In this document: in pieces, positions 1 to 8,346 of the stretch
How positions within the stretch are numbered: the stretch's first letter is position 1
How the letters are laid out: each line of letters starts with the position of its first letter
NCBI GenBank assembly: GCA_011364965.1
Contig: RDOB01000015.1
Span: 1-11,184 of the forward strand
Length of the DNA stretch: 11,184 bases
Direction: 5' to 3'
From: Candidatus Heimdallarchaeota archaeon
GTDB lineage: Archaea; Asgardarchaeota; Heimdallarchaeia; Hodarchaeales; Hodarchaeaceae
Translations under genes and position numbers: made by a program
The notes under the pieces: model-generated
Database searches by the model: none
The model's input: the letters and a program-made list of their open reading frames with translations, nothing else
Told to the model about the DNA's origin: nothing

Positions 1-1
1 C

Positions 2-2530
2 CTTCCTGATAAAGTAGAAAATCAAACTGGAACCGATCCCAAAGATTCAGATACAGATGACGATACATATAGTGATGGTTGGGAAATTCTTCATGGATAT
101 AATCCTTTGGATAAAGCAAGCCCAGCACGGACTTTGTGGCGAGACTCATTACTCTCAGGAGATAATAGTCCAATAATCGAACGGGATCTTAAAAATATTG
201 ATCGAGTTAAAATTTATCGACATGCAGAAGATGAAGAAGAATATTTATTACAAGATACTGTTAATACTTCATTAGATCAATATTTTTCTGAAGAAATATT
301 TCTTATTGATACAGATGGGAGTGTTGAGTGGACTCATTTTAAATTCGAGTTTTATCGGCAAAATAACTCTGCTGGAACTGAATTTGTAAAGGTCTACGAC
401 GAATATTTCTATGCTTATGATGATGATGGATCTCCGCCTGATACTGATAACGATGATCTCCCTGACTACTATGAAGATAAAATTGGCACGCAATGGGATG
501 GAACAGGATCAGCATATTCGGATACGGATGGCGATGGCATCAATGATGGACTAGAAGTGCTGTTTTATGGAACTTCTCCATTCAAACAGGATTCGGACGA
601 AGATGGCTTGAATGACTTACAGGATTTATGTTATGGCTATCCTTTCTATCCCCAGGAGGGATATCGATTGACTCGTTGGGATATTGATAACGATTCAAGA
701 CCGAATTGGTGGGACTCTGATTCGGATAATGATGGGTTAAATGATTCTTACGAAGATACGAACAGAGACGGCGCATATGAACCTTGGGATTTAAGTGATC
801 TTTTTGACCCTGACACAGATAATGATGGGTTACTAGATGGATTTGAAGTTGAAATTGGCACTGATCCTAAAGACTCCGATACTGATGATGATAACTTTTT
901 GGACGGTTTTGAAGTCCAGAATAACCTGAATCCCAAGGTAGCTGATACATTAGACTGGGCATATTACTTTGCAGAGAATTTTGATTTGAACGACTTGGAA
1001 GACAACGGATGGATTGATATTTCTACCTATGGGACGACACGGGCAGGGGGACTCTCCACAACAACTGCTTATACTAATGAAGAAGCAGAGGAAGACTTTG
1101 TCGTGGGTATTCAGCGCTCTGATAATGATTATAGCGCTTGGAGTCAAGCAGACCTTTATCAATACCAAGTAGATGAAACAATTCGCTATGGTTATGTTGT
1201 CAGTTGGAATCTAACAAATCTACGGTCAGATAATCCTGCGCAAGCGATTGAATCCGCTACAGTCGATTTAAACTGGTATTCAACCACTGATTGGGATAGT
1301 GATGACAAAGTTGCCATGGCATTTATCAATACATATTGCAATGGGAGTTATCTTAACGATTCCAGTCCCAATACCCACATCAACCAATCTCTGTGGTATC
1401 CTCATATCCAGAATGTCTCAGGGATTAGTGTAAACAACGATGCAGATACATTTGACATAGATATCACTGAGTTGGTAGATATCTGGTATAATTACTGTAA
1501 TTCCTCTCTGTTTTCTTTGTATATCTTCCCTGATCCAGAGAATACCATTCAACAGTCTTATGAGCGATTACGCTTTGATCAGACGACATGGAATCCCAAG
1601 ATCACCATAGTAACAGGTGATTCTGTCCTTCGAGCAGCAGCTTATGGTTCATTATCAACAGATTGGCATGGGCCAAAAGTATATTATAATTTCAGTTGTG
1701 ATATCGATGATTTTAATTTCTCGTTCAGTCCTTACTGTGAATCTGCAGGATCAGTAGTCAACAAACAATTAGGAAAATTAATAGTAACCTTGTACACAGG
1801 TGACGCGGGAACAGGAGAGGCGTTATATCAGTTTATTTGGACGGACAGTTGGGGATCTGATTCAAATAGTCGAATTATTTTTAAGGAAAAAAGCACAAAT
1901 TTGTATGATTCTGGAGCAGGTCAGACCTATCGCTACTGGTACAGTGAGACGCAAGATAATGTTACAATATGGCGTAATGAGTCCAAAGTAGTATTGATAA
2001 TAGGGTCTGATGGTTCCTATACGACAGATACGACTGAAAACTCTAATACGACTGCTATCCGAAGTATAACCATCGAATTTCAACAATATAAAACAAATAA
2101 TATCATTCCCAAGCTGGGAGTCAGAACTCTCCTGTTCAAAGGTCATTCTGACAATTATGACGACGATGAATACAATAATACAGAGGAACAGACCTTCGAG
2201 GGGTCAATTTGGCTGGATGAACCTGAAATCTTAGACTCCTCTGATATCACTTGGACTTGGACTGGTTCTCACTGGGCTGCGAATTCAATCATGAAGATTG
2301 CCTGTCACTTCACTGGGGAATATTGGGTGAAGGTCGAATATCGCGTTGAGTCAGGGAGTTGGAATACCGTTCGGGATGAATATGCTGATTTGGTTCTAGG
2401 AACGAATACGATCACTGATAGTCAAATCTGCACGGTAGGAACCTCAGTGAGTGTCACTGTCCGATGGACGATATGGAATGATAATGTATATTGGTCAAAA
2501 GAGGAGACTTCTCCTGCTTTTGAACCTTAA
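2..2530 (+). CDS. Large acidic extracellular/surface protein (5'-partial) with bacterial TSP3-like DxDxDG Ca2+-binding repeats and predicted beta-sandwich domains, including a DNRLRE/CBM96-like module
   Basis: The frame of ORF 107..2530 is open back to position 2 (LPDKVENQTGTDPKDSDTDDDTYSDGWEILHGYNPLDK), so the TTG at 107 is not the true start. Many D-T/S-D-x-D-G-L-x-D-x-x-E repeats (e.g. DTDGDGINDGLE, DSDEDGLNDLQD, DTDNDGLLDGFE). Many N-x-S/T sequons. IESATVDLNWY...FDIDITELVDIWY...NPKITIV resembles DNRLRE-type domains. Ends at TAA 2528-2530 with no C-terminal membrane anchor. Confidence 0.85.
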   Translation, partial: LPDKVENQTGTDPKDSDTDDDTYSDGWEILHGYNPLDKASPARTLWRDSLLSGDNSPIIERDLKNIDRVKIYRHAEDEEEYLLQDTVNTSLDQYFSEEIFLIDTDGSVEWTHFKFEFYRQNNSAGTEFVKVYDEYFYAYDDDGSPPDTDNDDLPDYYEDKIGTQWDGTGSAYSDTDGDGINDGLEVLFYGTSPFKQDSDEDGLNDLQDLCYGYPFYPQEGYRLTRWDIDNDSRPNWWDSDSDNDGLNDSYEDTNRDGAYEPWDLSDLFDPDTDNDGLLDGFEVEIGTDPKDSDTDDDNFLDGFEVQNNLNPKVADTLDWAYYFAENFDLNDLEDNGWIDISTYGTTRAGGLSTTTAYTNEEAEEDFVVGIQRSDNDYSAWSQADLYQYQVDETIRYGYVVSWNLTNLRSDNPAQAIESATVDLNWYSTTDWDSDDKVAMAFINTYCNGSYLNDSSPNTHINQSLWYPHIQNVSGISVNNDADTFDIDITELVDIWYNYCNSSLFSLYIFPDPENTIQQSYERLRFDQTTWNPKITIVTGDSVLRAAAYGSLSTDWHGPKVYYNFSCDIDDFNFSFSPYCESAGSVVNKQLGKLIVTLYTGDAGTGEALYQFIWTDSWGSDSNSRIIFKEKSTNLYDSGAGQTYRYWYSETQDNVTIWRNESKVVLIIGSDGSYTTDTTENSNTTAIRSITIEFQQYKTNNIIPKLGVRTLLFKGHSDNYDDDEYNNTEEQTFEGSIWLDEPEILDSSDITWTWTGSHWAANSIMKIACHFTGEYWVKVEYRVESGSWNTVRDEYADLVLGTNTITDSQICTVGTSVSVTVRWTIWNDNVYWSKEETSPAFEP

Positions 2531-2572
2531 CCACAAAAAGATTGCTGAAAATCCCAAATCTTCATCTCCAAT

Positions 2573-2594
2573 CTTCCTTTTTTTCTTCTTTTCT
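2573..2594 (+). terminator. Archaeal oligo-U/pyrimidine-rich terminator of the surface protein gene
   Basis: cttcctttttttcttcttttct lies ~45 nt after the TAA at 2530. Confidence 0.55.
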
Positions 2595-2637
2595 AGTCCG
2601 TTTTGAAAATATTTTAAAAATTATTCTTCAGAGGTAA

Positions 2638-2958
2638 CGCTCTGAAAGAAATAACGGCTTCTTAGAACCCACTTTTACTTTTTTTTCCAATTCTGATAAA
2701 GTCTCTATTGATGCCTCAGAGACCTATGTAAAATCTATTATGGAGCTACATAGTATAAGGCTATCTATAACGATTAATGAAGTATACTGAAACCCAAAGT
2801 TCTTCATTTTGGGAATATTAGACTTTACCAATGTTAGTACCAAAACGCTTCAGCAACCCCAAGAATTTGCAGAGCAGCATGGATATTCGCTTTTGACTCT
2901 CAGAGAGACGGATTTTGATTTTTTCACGGACAACGTTCTTTCGATCCTAAATGGCTGA
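2638..2958 (+). pseudogene. Probable pseudogene fragment resembling the C-terminal half (beta4-alpha3-beta5-alpha4-beta6) of a Rab/Ras-like small GTPase
   Basis: Frame +1 reads RSERNNGFLEPTFTFFSNSDKVSIDASETYVKSIMELHSIRLSITINEVY*NPKFFILGILDFTNVSTKTLQQPQEFAEQHGYSLLTLRETDFDFFTDNVLSILNG*, with one internal TGA (2788-2790). FSNSDKVSIDASETYVKSI parallels the Rab pattern FDITDRESFENVKKWLKEI, KFFILGI parallels PIALIGI of the 10246..10926 protein, and QEFAEQHGYSLL parallels its QAFTKKHNIPYY. No P-loop half is visible. Similarity judged by eye. Confidence 0.45.
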
Positions 2959-2999
2959 ATATCATCATTATTCTCCATATCGGGCTTACTACTAATATT

Positions 3000-3247
3000 T
3001 TCGCTTCAACTGTTCCTAACCGCAGGAGGGCTACTCTTGGAAAGAGTGTGGAAATTGAGTTAGATGAGAAAATCCCTCGGGAGATAGTTATAGAAGCAGT
3101 ATTCTGGATAGATTACAAAAATAGCTCTTGATCTGATGTCTGTACGTTGGTTGAGACCTAAATATGAGTTTTTATATATCTCCTCCACTTTAAAAGAGTA
3201 TAATGATTATGTTCGTTAAAGGTATCTTTCTGAAGATTTAAAGTTTA
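3000..3247 (+). repeat. Structured dispersed repeat, copy A (full core 3004-3153 plus a tail shared with copy D)
   Basis: Shares caggagggctact with B and C. Shares aaaatccct, atagaagcag and an identical 24-mer gatctgatgtctgtacgttggttg (3130-3153 = 11122-11145) with C. Shares tgattatgtt...aggta (3204-3224) with D. The right boundary is set by the start of copy B. Confidence 0.85.
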
Positions 3248-3318
3248 CTTCAGCTGTTCCTCACTACAGGAGGGCTACTATTTAGTAAATAGTGGGGAAA
3301 TTGAGTTTTTTTTTAAAA
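3248..3318 (+). repeat. Structured dispersed repeat, copy B (left half only, tandem to A)
   Basis: agctgttcctcactacaggagggctactatttag matches copy C at 32/34 positions, followed by ggaaattgag and a T-run/A-run. Similarity stops ~40 bp before the ABC operon stop codon at 3359. Confidence 0.85.
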
Positions 3319-3358
3319 GACCAGATTTCATTCCGACTGCTAGTACTTGAAATAGCTA

Positions 3359-4279
3359 TCAGCTTTTCTCAAAGGGGACTGCAAGAGAGGTTGGTGCACC
3401 AACGATGCTCTTAACTTTTTGACGCGACAGGATTATTCCCCAAATCGCAAGAAAAAGAATGGTGGAAACATGAGGAGCCATCTTTAAAACAGGTGTTGGC
3501 AGAAATTGTTGAAAATAGTATTTCATGACATCAAAAGTCCCAAATATATAAGATCCTAGAAAAGCGCCAAGCGGATTCCAGAGTGCAACCACCACCAATG
3601 CAATAACGATCCACCCTCGGCCCTGTGTCATTCCTTCAGACCAAAAATTGAGGTAACCTAAAGATAAGTAAGCTCCTCCTAATCCTGACATCATACCTCC
3701 AAAAATGACACAAGCGAACCTCAATAGGTTCACATTTACCCCTTGGTTGTATGCTGCTTCAGGGTTTTCTCCAACAGATCGAATTAAAATACCAATTCGT
3801 GTTTTATAAAGAATAAACCAGCAAATTGGCACCATAATATATGAAAAATAAACTAGTATTGGATGATCGAAGAAGATTTCTCCAATGAACGGTATATCAC
3901 TCAGAAAAGGGATATGAACATTTTCTAAGGTATCAATAGCCTTTCCAATAACTCCACGTCCAAGAATACCACTAAGTCCTGTACCAAGAATGGTCAATCC
4001 AATCCCAGAGACAACCTGAGTTCGAGTAAAAGTAATGGATATTATCGCATGAATCCCAGAGAGCACCCCTCCAAGTAACATTCCAGAAAGAACTCCAATC
4101 CATAGATTTTGAGTACTATAAGCTATTGCATAAGAAAAAGCAGCAGATGCAATTATCATCCCCTCAATTCCAAGATTTAATATCCCTGATCGCTCTGCAT
4201 AAATTTCTCCAAGCGTAGGAAGAAGGAAAAATGTTGCTGCAGCAACGATTGAGCTAAACATTAGGATATAATCTACCAT
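3359..4279 (-). CDS. ABC transporter permease, nucleoside/purine type (NupC/NupQ(YufQ)-like, BPD_transp_2 family)
   Basis: Family motifs LGEIYAERSGILNLGIEG, RSVGENPEAA and GMTQGRGWIVIALV. Multiple TM helices. AGGAGG SD at 4289-4294 (minus strand). Abuts the upstream permease stop. Confidence 0.93.
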   Translation of the reverse strand: MVDYILMFSSIVAAATFFLLPTLGEIYAERSGILNLGIEGMIIASAAFSYAIAYSTQNLWIGVLSGMLLGGVLSGIHAIISITFTRTQVVSGIGLTILGTGLSGILGRGVIGKAIDTLENVHIPFLSDIPFIGEIFFDHPILVYFSYIMVPICWFILYKTRIGILIRSVGENPEAAYNQGVNVNLLRFACVIFGGMMSGLGGAYLSLGYLNFWSEGMTQGRGWIVIALVVVALWNPLGAFLGSYIFGTFDVMKYYFQQFLPTPVLKMAPHVSTILFLAIWGIILSRQKVKSIVGAPTSLAVPFEKS

Positions 4280-5362
4280 TTAGGATTCCCTCCTCATTTT
4301 AATTGTAAAGCGAAAGAAAAATTCGCTTAACAAAACAAAGAATATTATAATCCCACTAAATAGCTGTAATACCGTGGCAGGTATCCCTGTCAATGCTAAT
4401 CCCCCTACTTTTAACGCAGCAAAGAATAATGCACTAACTATAATACCTAAGGGGTTCAAGCCTCCAAGATAGGCAACTGCAATTCCTGTGTACCCATAAC
4501 CTTGGCTTTTTACTCCCAAACGTAATGCATTTCCAGCAACTTCTCCAACTCCAGCAATAGCTGCCATACCGCCAGAAAAAATCATGGTGATTAAGATAAC
4601 TCGAAAGAAACTCATTCCTGCTATACGACCTGCAAGAGGATTTTTTCCCATTACATTAATCTCATACCCTAATTTCAACTTTGGAATTCCATCAATGTTT
4701 CTAAATAAGAAATAATAAACCAAGAGCGTGATAGCGAGAATAAGAAATATGGAAATATAAATAGGAGTGCCTGGAATTTTTGGTAATTGTGCATTTTCAG
4801 GTAATAAAGAACTATAGGTGAATCCTGTCTCAGGATCTCGCCAGAGATCACTAACTAACCATTCCATTAAATATAAAGCTGGAAATACCAAAAGAAAGCT
4901 TACAACAACATCAGCTCCTTGAAATCCTCCCTTAGCACGGAAAAGTACAACTGGAATAGCCCATATCGCTCCTAAAATAAATGCATTTACGAACATTAAC
5001 GGAATAAGAATTATCCCAGGTAAATCAGGAAATAAAAATGCTGTTCCAGTCGCAGTTAACATCCCTATTATATACTGTCCTTCTGCGCCGATATTATCCA
5101 CTCTAGCTTTGAAAGGGATAGCCAATCCTAGCCCAATTGCTAATAGGGGAATAAAACGAGCAATAGTATTAGGAATTAACAATAAATTGACTCGAATCAT
5201 ATCAATGTATGTGATTATTGGATTCACTCCATTAAGTAGGAAAATTAACCCTGCTACAACTAATCCAAACAGCAAAAATGCAATCCTGAATAAGATTGCA
5301 TTGATTCCAGTTATCGGTTCTATCCTTTTTTGGAAGAAAAGTCTATGATTCAAAATTCTCAT
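4280..5362 (-). CDS. ABC transporter permease, nucleoside/purine type (NupB/NupP(YufP)-like)
   Basis: Motifs NIGAEGQY, GYEINVMGKNPLAGRIAGM and GYGYTGIAVAYLG. Many TM helices. GGAGGT SD at 5369-5374. ATGA overlap with the ATPase stop codon. Confidence 0.93.
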   Translation of the reverse strand: MRILNHRLFFQKRIEPITGINAILFRIAFLLFGLVVAGLIFLLNGVNPIITYIDMIRVNLLLIPNTIARFIPLLAIGLGLAIPFKARVDNIGAEGQYIIGMLTATGTAFLFPDLPGIILIPLMFVNAFILGAIWAIPVVLFRAKGGFQGADVVVSFLLVFPALYLMEWLVSDLWRDPETGFTYSSLLPENAQLPKIPGTPIYISIFLILAITLLVYYFLFRNIDGIPKLKLGYEINVMGKNPLAGRIAGMSFFRVILITMIFSGGMAAIAGVGEVAGNALRLGVKSQGYGYTGIAVAYLGGLNPLGIIVSALFFAALKVGGLALTGIPATVLQLFSGIIIFFVLLSEFFFRFTIKMRRES

Positions 5363-6915
5363 ACCAATACCTCCGTTTGGTGAGCTCCTCCCATCATTAG
5401 TCCAATCATTTCTCTGGTTGCATTTTCTCTAGAAATTATACCCATAATTTTCCCTTTGAAGATTACAGCAATTTCATCGCAAAGACTCATGATTTCTGTT
5501 AAATCACTTGAAACAAGGAGGATAGCTGCGCCTTCAGCTCTTTTCCGTAAAAGCTCTTCTCTCACAAATTGAGTTGTACCTACATCTAGTCCAAATGTAG
5601 GATTTTCTGCAATTAGAATCAAATCTTTTCCTTGTTTAAGAGAGAATTCTCGCGCAACGACTACTTTTTGTCTATTTCCTCCACTTAAACTCCTAATTGG
5701 GGAGAGTGGACTGGTTGTTTTGATATTATACCGCCTAATTAACGCTTCTGTTTCTGGAATAATTCTAGAGCGATCTATAATCAAGGATTTCGAATTCTGA
5801 TATGAATTTAACATTAGGTTATCTCTTACTGAAAGGTCAAATATCAAAGCTTTTCGCCTATCCTCTGGAATGTAAGCTACTCCTAATTCCCTAACCTTTT
5901 TTATTGGTTTATTTGTGACATCTTGACCTCTTATCTTAATTCTCCCCTTCTCTAAATTCCTCCACCTAAATAATCCTTCAATTAACTCTCTTTGCCCATT
6001 CCCTGATATTCCTGCTAATCCAAGGATTTGGTTTGTTTTTAAGTGAAGAGAAATTCCATGTACAACTGCATCACCCATGTCATTATTGACTACTGCATCA
6101 TCTAATTCCACAACTATGGTACCAGTATGTACTTTATCTTGATGTAGGTCGTAAAGCACTTCTTTACCAACCATTAGAGAAGCGAGATGCATAATCGCTT
6201 CCTTTTCATTTGCATAATCCTTTCTAAGCTTTTGGGTATCTAAAACTCCCACAACCTCCCCATGTCGAAGAACAGTTATTCGATCACTAAGGTTTATGGC
6301 TTCTTCAAGATGATGTGTAATAATAATAATACTCTTCCCTTCTTCTTTAAGATTTTTTAATAAACTAAACAATCTCTCTATCTCAGGGGGAGTTAACATC
6401 GCAGTTGGTTCATCAAGAATCAAAATACTTGGATTAGTAATTAATGCCTTGAGGATTTCAACACGTTGTTTTTCTCCTCCAGATAACTTCCAAACCTTAG
6501 CTTTAGGGTTGATATCACCTAAATTAAATTTCTGTAGTGCTTTCTTAATTGCACGTTCGATTTCCGCTAATGATAGAAAAAAGCCTTCAGAAAAGCTTAA
6601 AATGTTTTCCGCAACTGTGTGACGTTCAATAAGAGATTTAGATAGATCTTGACGAGCAATTGCCAACTTATATTCTTTAATTGCTGTCAAAGGATTGTCT
6701 AAATTCACTTCAACTCCATTAATAAAAATATGGCCTGAATCAGGGGGAAAAAATAATCCATTAACTAGCGTCGACTTGCCTGCACCATTTTCTCCCAAAA
6801 TAGCATGAATTTCACCTTTATTTAAAGAAAAATTCACATGATCATTCGCTTTAACGACAATACCATCGCCATAGAAAGTTTTACAGATATCTTTCATCTC
6901 TAAGACCGAATCCAT
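5359..6915 (-). CDS. ABC transporter ATP-binding protein with two fused NBDs, CUT2 sugar/nucleoside type (NupA/NupO(YufO)-like)
   Basis: NBD1: Walker A GENGAGKS, LSGGE signature, Walker B ILDEPT, ITHH. NBD2: degenerate GISGNGQR, LSGGN, IAENPT. The start is reassigned from 6978 to ATG 6915 (MDSVLEMKDI), which has GGAG 8 nt upstream. Confidence 0.93.
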   Translation of the reverse strand: MDSVLEMKDICKTFYGDGIVVKANDHVNFSLNKGEIHAILGENGAGKSTLVNGLFFPPDSGHIFINGVEVNLDNPLTAIKEYKLAIARQDLSKSLIERHTVAENILSFSEGFFLSLAEIERAIKKALQKFNLGDINPKAKVWKLSGGEKQRVEILKALITNPSILILDEPTAMLTPPEIERLFSLLKNLKEEGKSIIIITHHLEEAINLSDRITVLRHGEVVGVLDTQKLRKDYANEKEAIMHLASLMVGKEVLYDLHQDKVHTGTIVVELDDAVVNNDMGDAVVHGISLHLKTNQILGLAGISGNGQRELIEGLFRWRNLEKGRIKIRGQDVTNKPIKKVRELGVAYIPEDRRKALIFDLSVRDNLMLNSYQNSKSLIIDRSRIIPETEALIRRYNIKTTSPLSPIRSLSGGNRQKVVVAREFSLKQGKDLILIAENPTFGLDVGTTQFVREELLRKRAEGAAILLVSSDLTEIMSLCDEIAVIFKGKIMGIISRENATREMIGLMMGGAHQTEVLV

Positions 6916-7119
6916 TCGCATAACTCCAACGTTTACTCCATGATAACGCAGTAGACCATAAAACAAGAATTCAGGCACTGATTTAGTATAGAGAAAAGAT
7001 AGTGAATTTTAATAAAAATTCATTCTTAGAAAAATCTAAACTAAAACTTGGAAATTAGAAAGACTAGCGTGTTGTATTCCTACATAATTTAACCAATATT
7101 AGTTAATAGCAGAAATTGT

Positions 7120-7144
7120 AAAAAAAAAGAAAAAAGGAAAAAAA
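7120..7144 (-). terminator. Oligo-U terminator/attenuator after the BMP gene
   Basis: Plus-strand A-tract aaaaaaaaagaaaaaaggaaaaaaa is a U-tract on the minus strand, ~10 nt after the BMP stop codon. Confidence 0.6.
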
Positions 7145-7153
7145 GTAGGGAGT

Positions 7154-8311
7154 TTATCCTGGAGTACCTATAACACCGTCCACGAACCAATCCATATACG
7201 TGAAGAGGTCAGGTATAGTGGCTTGTACTCCCGCAGCAAACATTAGTGTTCCATTCTGAGCATAAATAGGCCCTGTGAAAGGGAAGAACGTCTCAGCTGC
7301 CATTTTATCATGTTTATCCATGATGTAGTCGTAAGCATTTGTTGCACCAACAGTTATACTTTGCAATTCAGGTACGAAGAGAGGATTAATAGGAACGTCG
7401 AAATTTCCGCCTAATTCGACTGCACCTTCTTTGAGGAACCATAAATAGTCCACATCAGATAAATTAGTAGAATTATAGGTTCCATCATAAACTTTGGATA
7501 GTATCTCGTCATACATGATATCCCAATGGGCCAACTGACCTGAAATTGTGCTCTCAGGAGCATAGCTTTGCATGGGTGAGTAGTGACTAAAAGCATACAC
7601 GTCATCTTCTTCTTCCGCTGCTTGCATGACTGCAGGACTATCTTCTGTGAAAGCCAACATGTCCACACCTTTACCTATAAGGGAATTTGCAGCACTTGTG
7701 GCGGCAGTAGGATCGTACCATGAATTAATCCAAGTTACTTCAACTGTAGAATCGTTATTTGCAGCTTTCATACCAAGTGTGAATGCATTGATATGGCGGA
7801 TAACTTCTGGAATTGGGAATGCGCCAACATATCCTGCTTTCGTTGTATTAGAGAGATAGCCAGCCATCATTCCATTCAGATAGTACATCTGATACAAATC
7901 TGCGAAATAGGTTCCAACATTTGCAGCTCTTTTGTAGCCAGAACAGTGAAAGAATAGTGTATCTGGGTGTTCTGCTGCAGCTGCAATGGTGCCATCCATA
8001 AATCCAAAGGAAGTTGTGAAAATCACATTACATCCTTTGACGGTTATCAGAGTGTCAGCTGCTTCTTTAACGGATGCGATATCTTCACCGACGGTTTCTA
8101 TGTATTCTGTGCCGAGCCAAGAATACTTCTCATCTACGTAGACTCGTCCGACATCATGAGCATTAGTCCACCCATAATCACCGATCGGTCCTACATAGAT
8201 AAATCCTGCTTTAACCTTGACTGCCTCTGGACCTGTACATCCAGAAAAAGCAACCAAAAGCATTAATATACCAAATATCAAGAATATTCTAGAATAAGTT
8301 GATTTTTTCAT
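7154..8311 (-). CDS. BMP family (PnrA/BmpA/Med-like) ABC substrate-binding lipoprotein, likely nucleoside/purine binding
   Basis: Signal peptide with lipobox-like AFSG-C. Family motifs KAGFIYVGPIGDYGWTNAHD, IFTTSFGFMD and GYVGAFPIPEVIRHINAF. First gene of the ABC operon. Confidence 0.93.
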   Translation of the reverse strand: MKKSTYSRIFLIFGILMLLVAFSGCTGPEAVKVKAGFIYVGPIGDYGWTNAHDVGRVYVDEKYSWLGTEYIETVGEDIASVKEAADTLITVKGCNVIFTTSFGFMDGTIAAAAEHPDTLFFHCSGYKRAANVGTYFADLYQMYYLNGMMAGYLSNTTKAGYVGAFPIPEVIRHINAFTLGMKAANNDSTVEVTWINSWYDPTAATSAANSLIGKGVDMLAFTEDSPAVMQAAEEEDDVYAFSHYSPMQSYAPESTISGQLAHWDIMYDEILSKVYDGTYNSTNLSDVDYLWFLKEGAVELGGNFDVPINPLFVPELQSITVGATNAYDYIMDKHDKMAAETFFPFTGPIYAQNGTLMFAAGVQATIPDLFTYMDWFVDGVIGTPG

Positions 8312-8346
8312 AGGTTATCAACCGAATTTTATAGACATCAAATTAA

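Noticed and set aside
3004-3063. Repeat as a conserved small protein (LQLFLTAGGLL; several A/B differences are synonymous in this frame; also MSVRWL from ATG 3136 and 11128)
   Set aside because: Stops and indels differ between copies (TAG in B and C, no ATG in D, different lengths) and no frame is kept across copies. A remote coding origin cannot be excluded.
3131-3140. Hammerhead core or C/D-box motif (CTGATG)
   Set aside because: It reads CUGAUGU rather than CUGANGA or RUGAUGA, lacks a suitably placed GAAA and stems, and is CTGCTG in copy D.
3004-3156. Repeat as an integron attC site (GTTRRR at the right end of A, C and D; CTTCAAC at the left end of A)
   Set aside because: The left box is AGC rather than AAC in B and C, the L-box positions are not complementary, the arms do not pair end to end, and no integrase is present.
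3000-3318. CRISPR array
   Set aside because: Units are over 150 bp, diverged and mostly kilobases apart. There is no 25-45-bp repeat/spacer periodicity and no cas gene.
6916-6978. N-terminal extension of the ABC ATPase given in the ORF track
   Set aside because: It starts at a GTG without a visible SD. Family homology begins at MDSVLEMKDI, which has a well-spaced GGAG.
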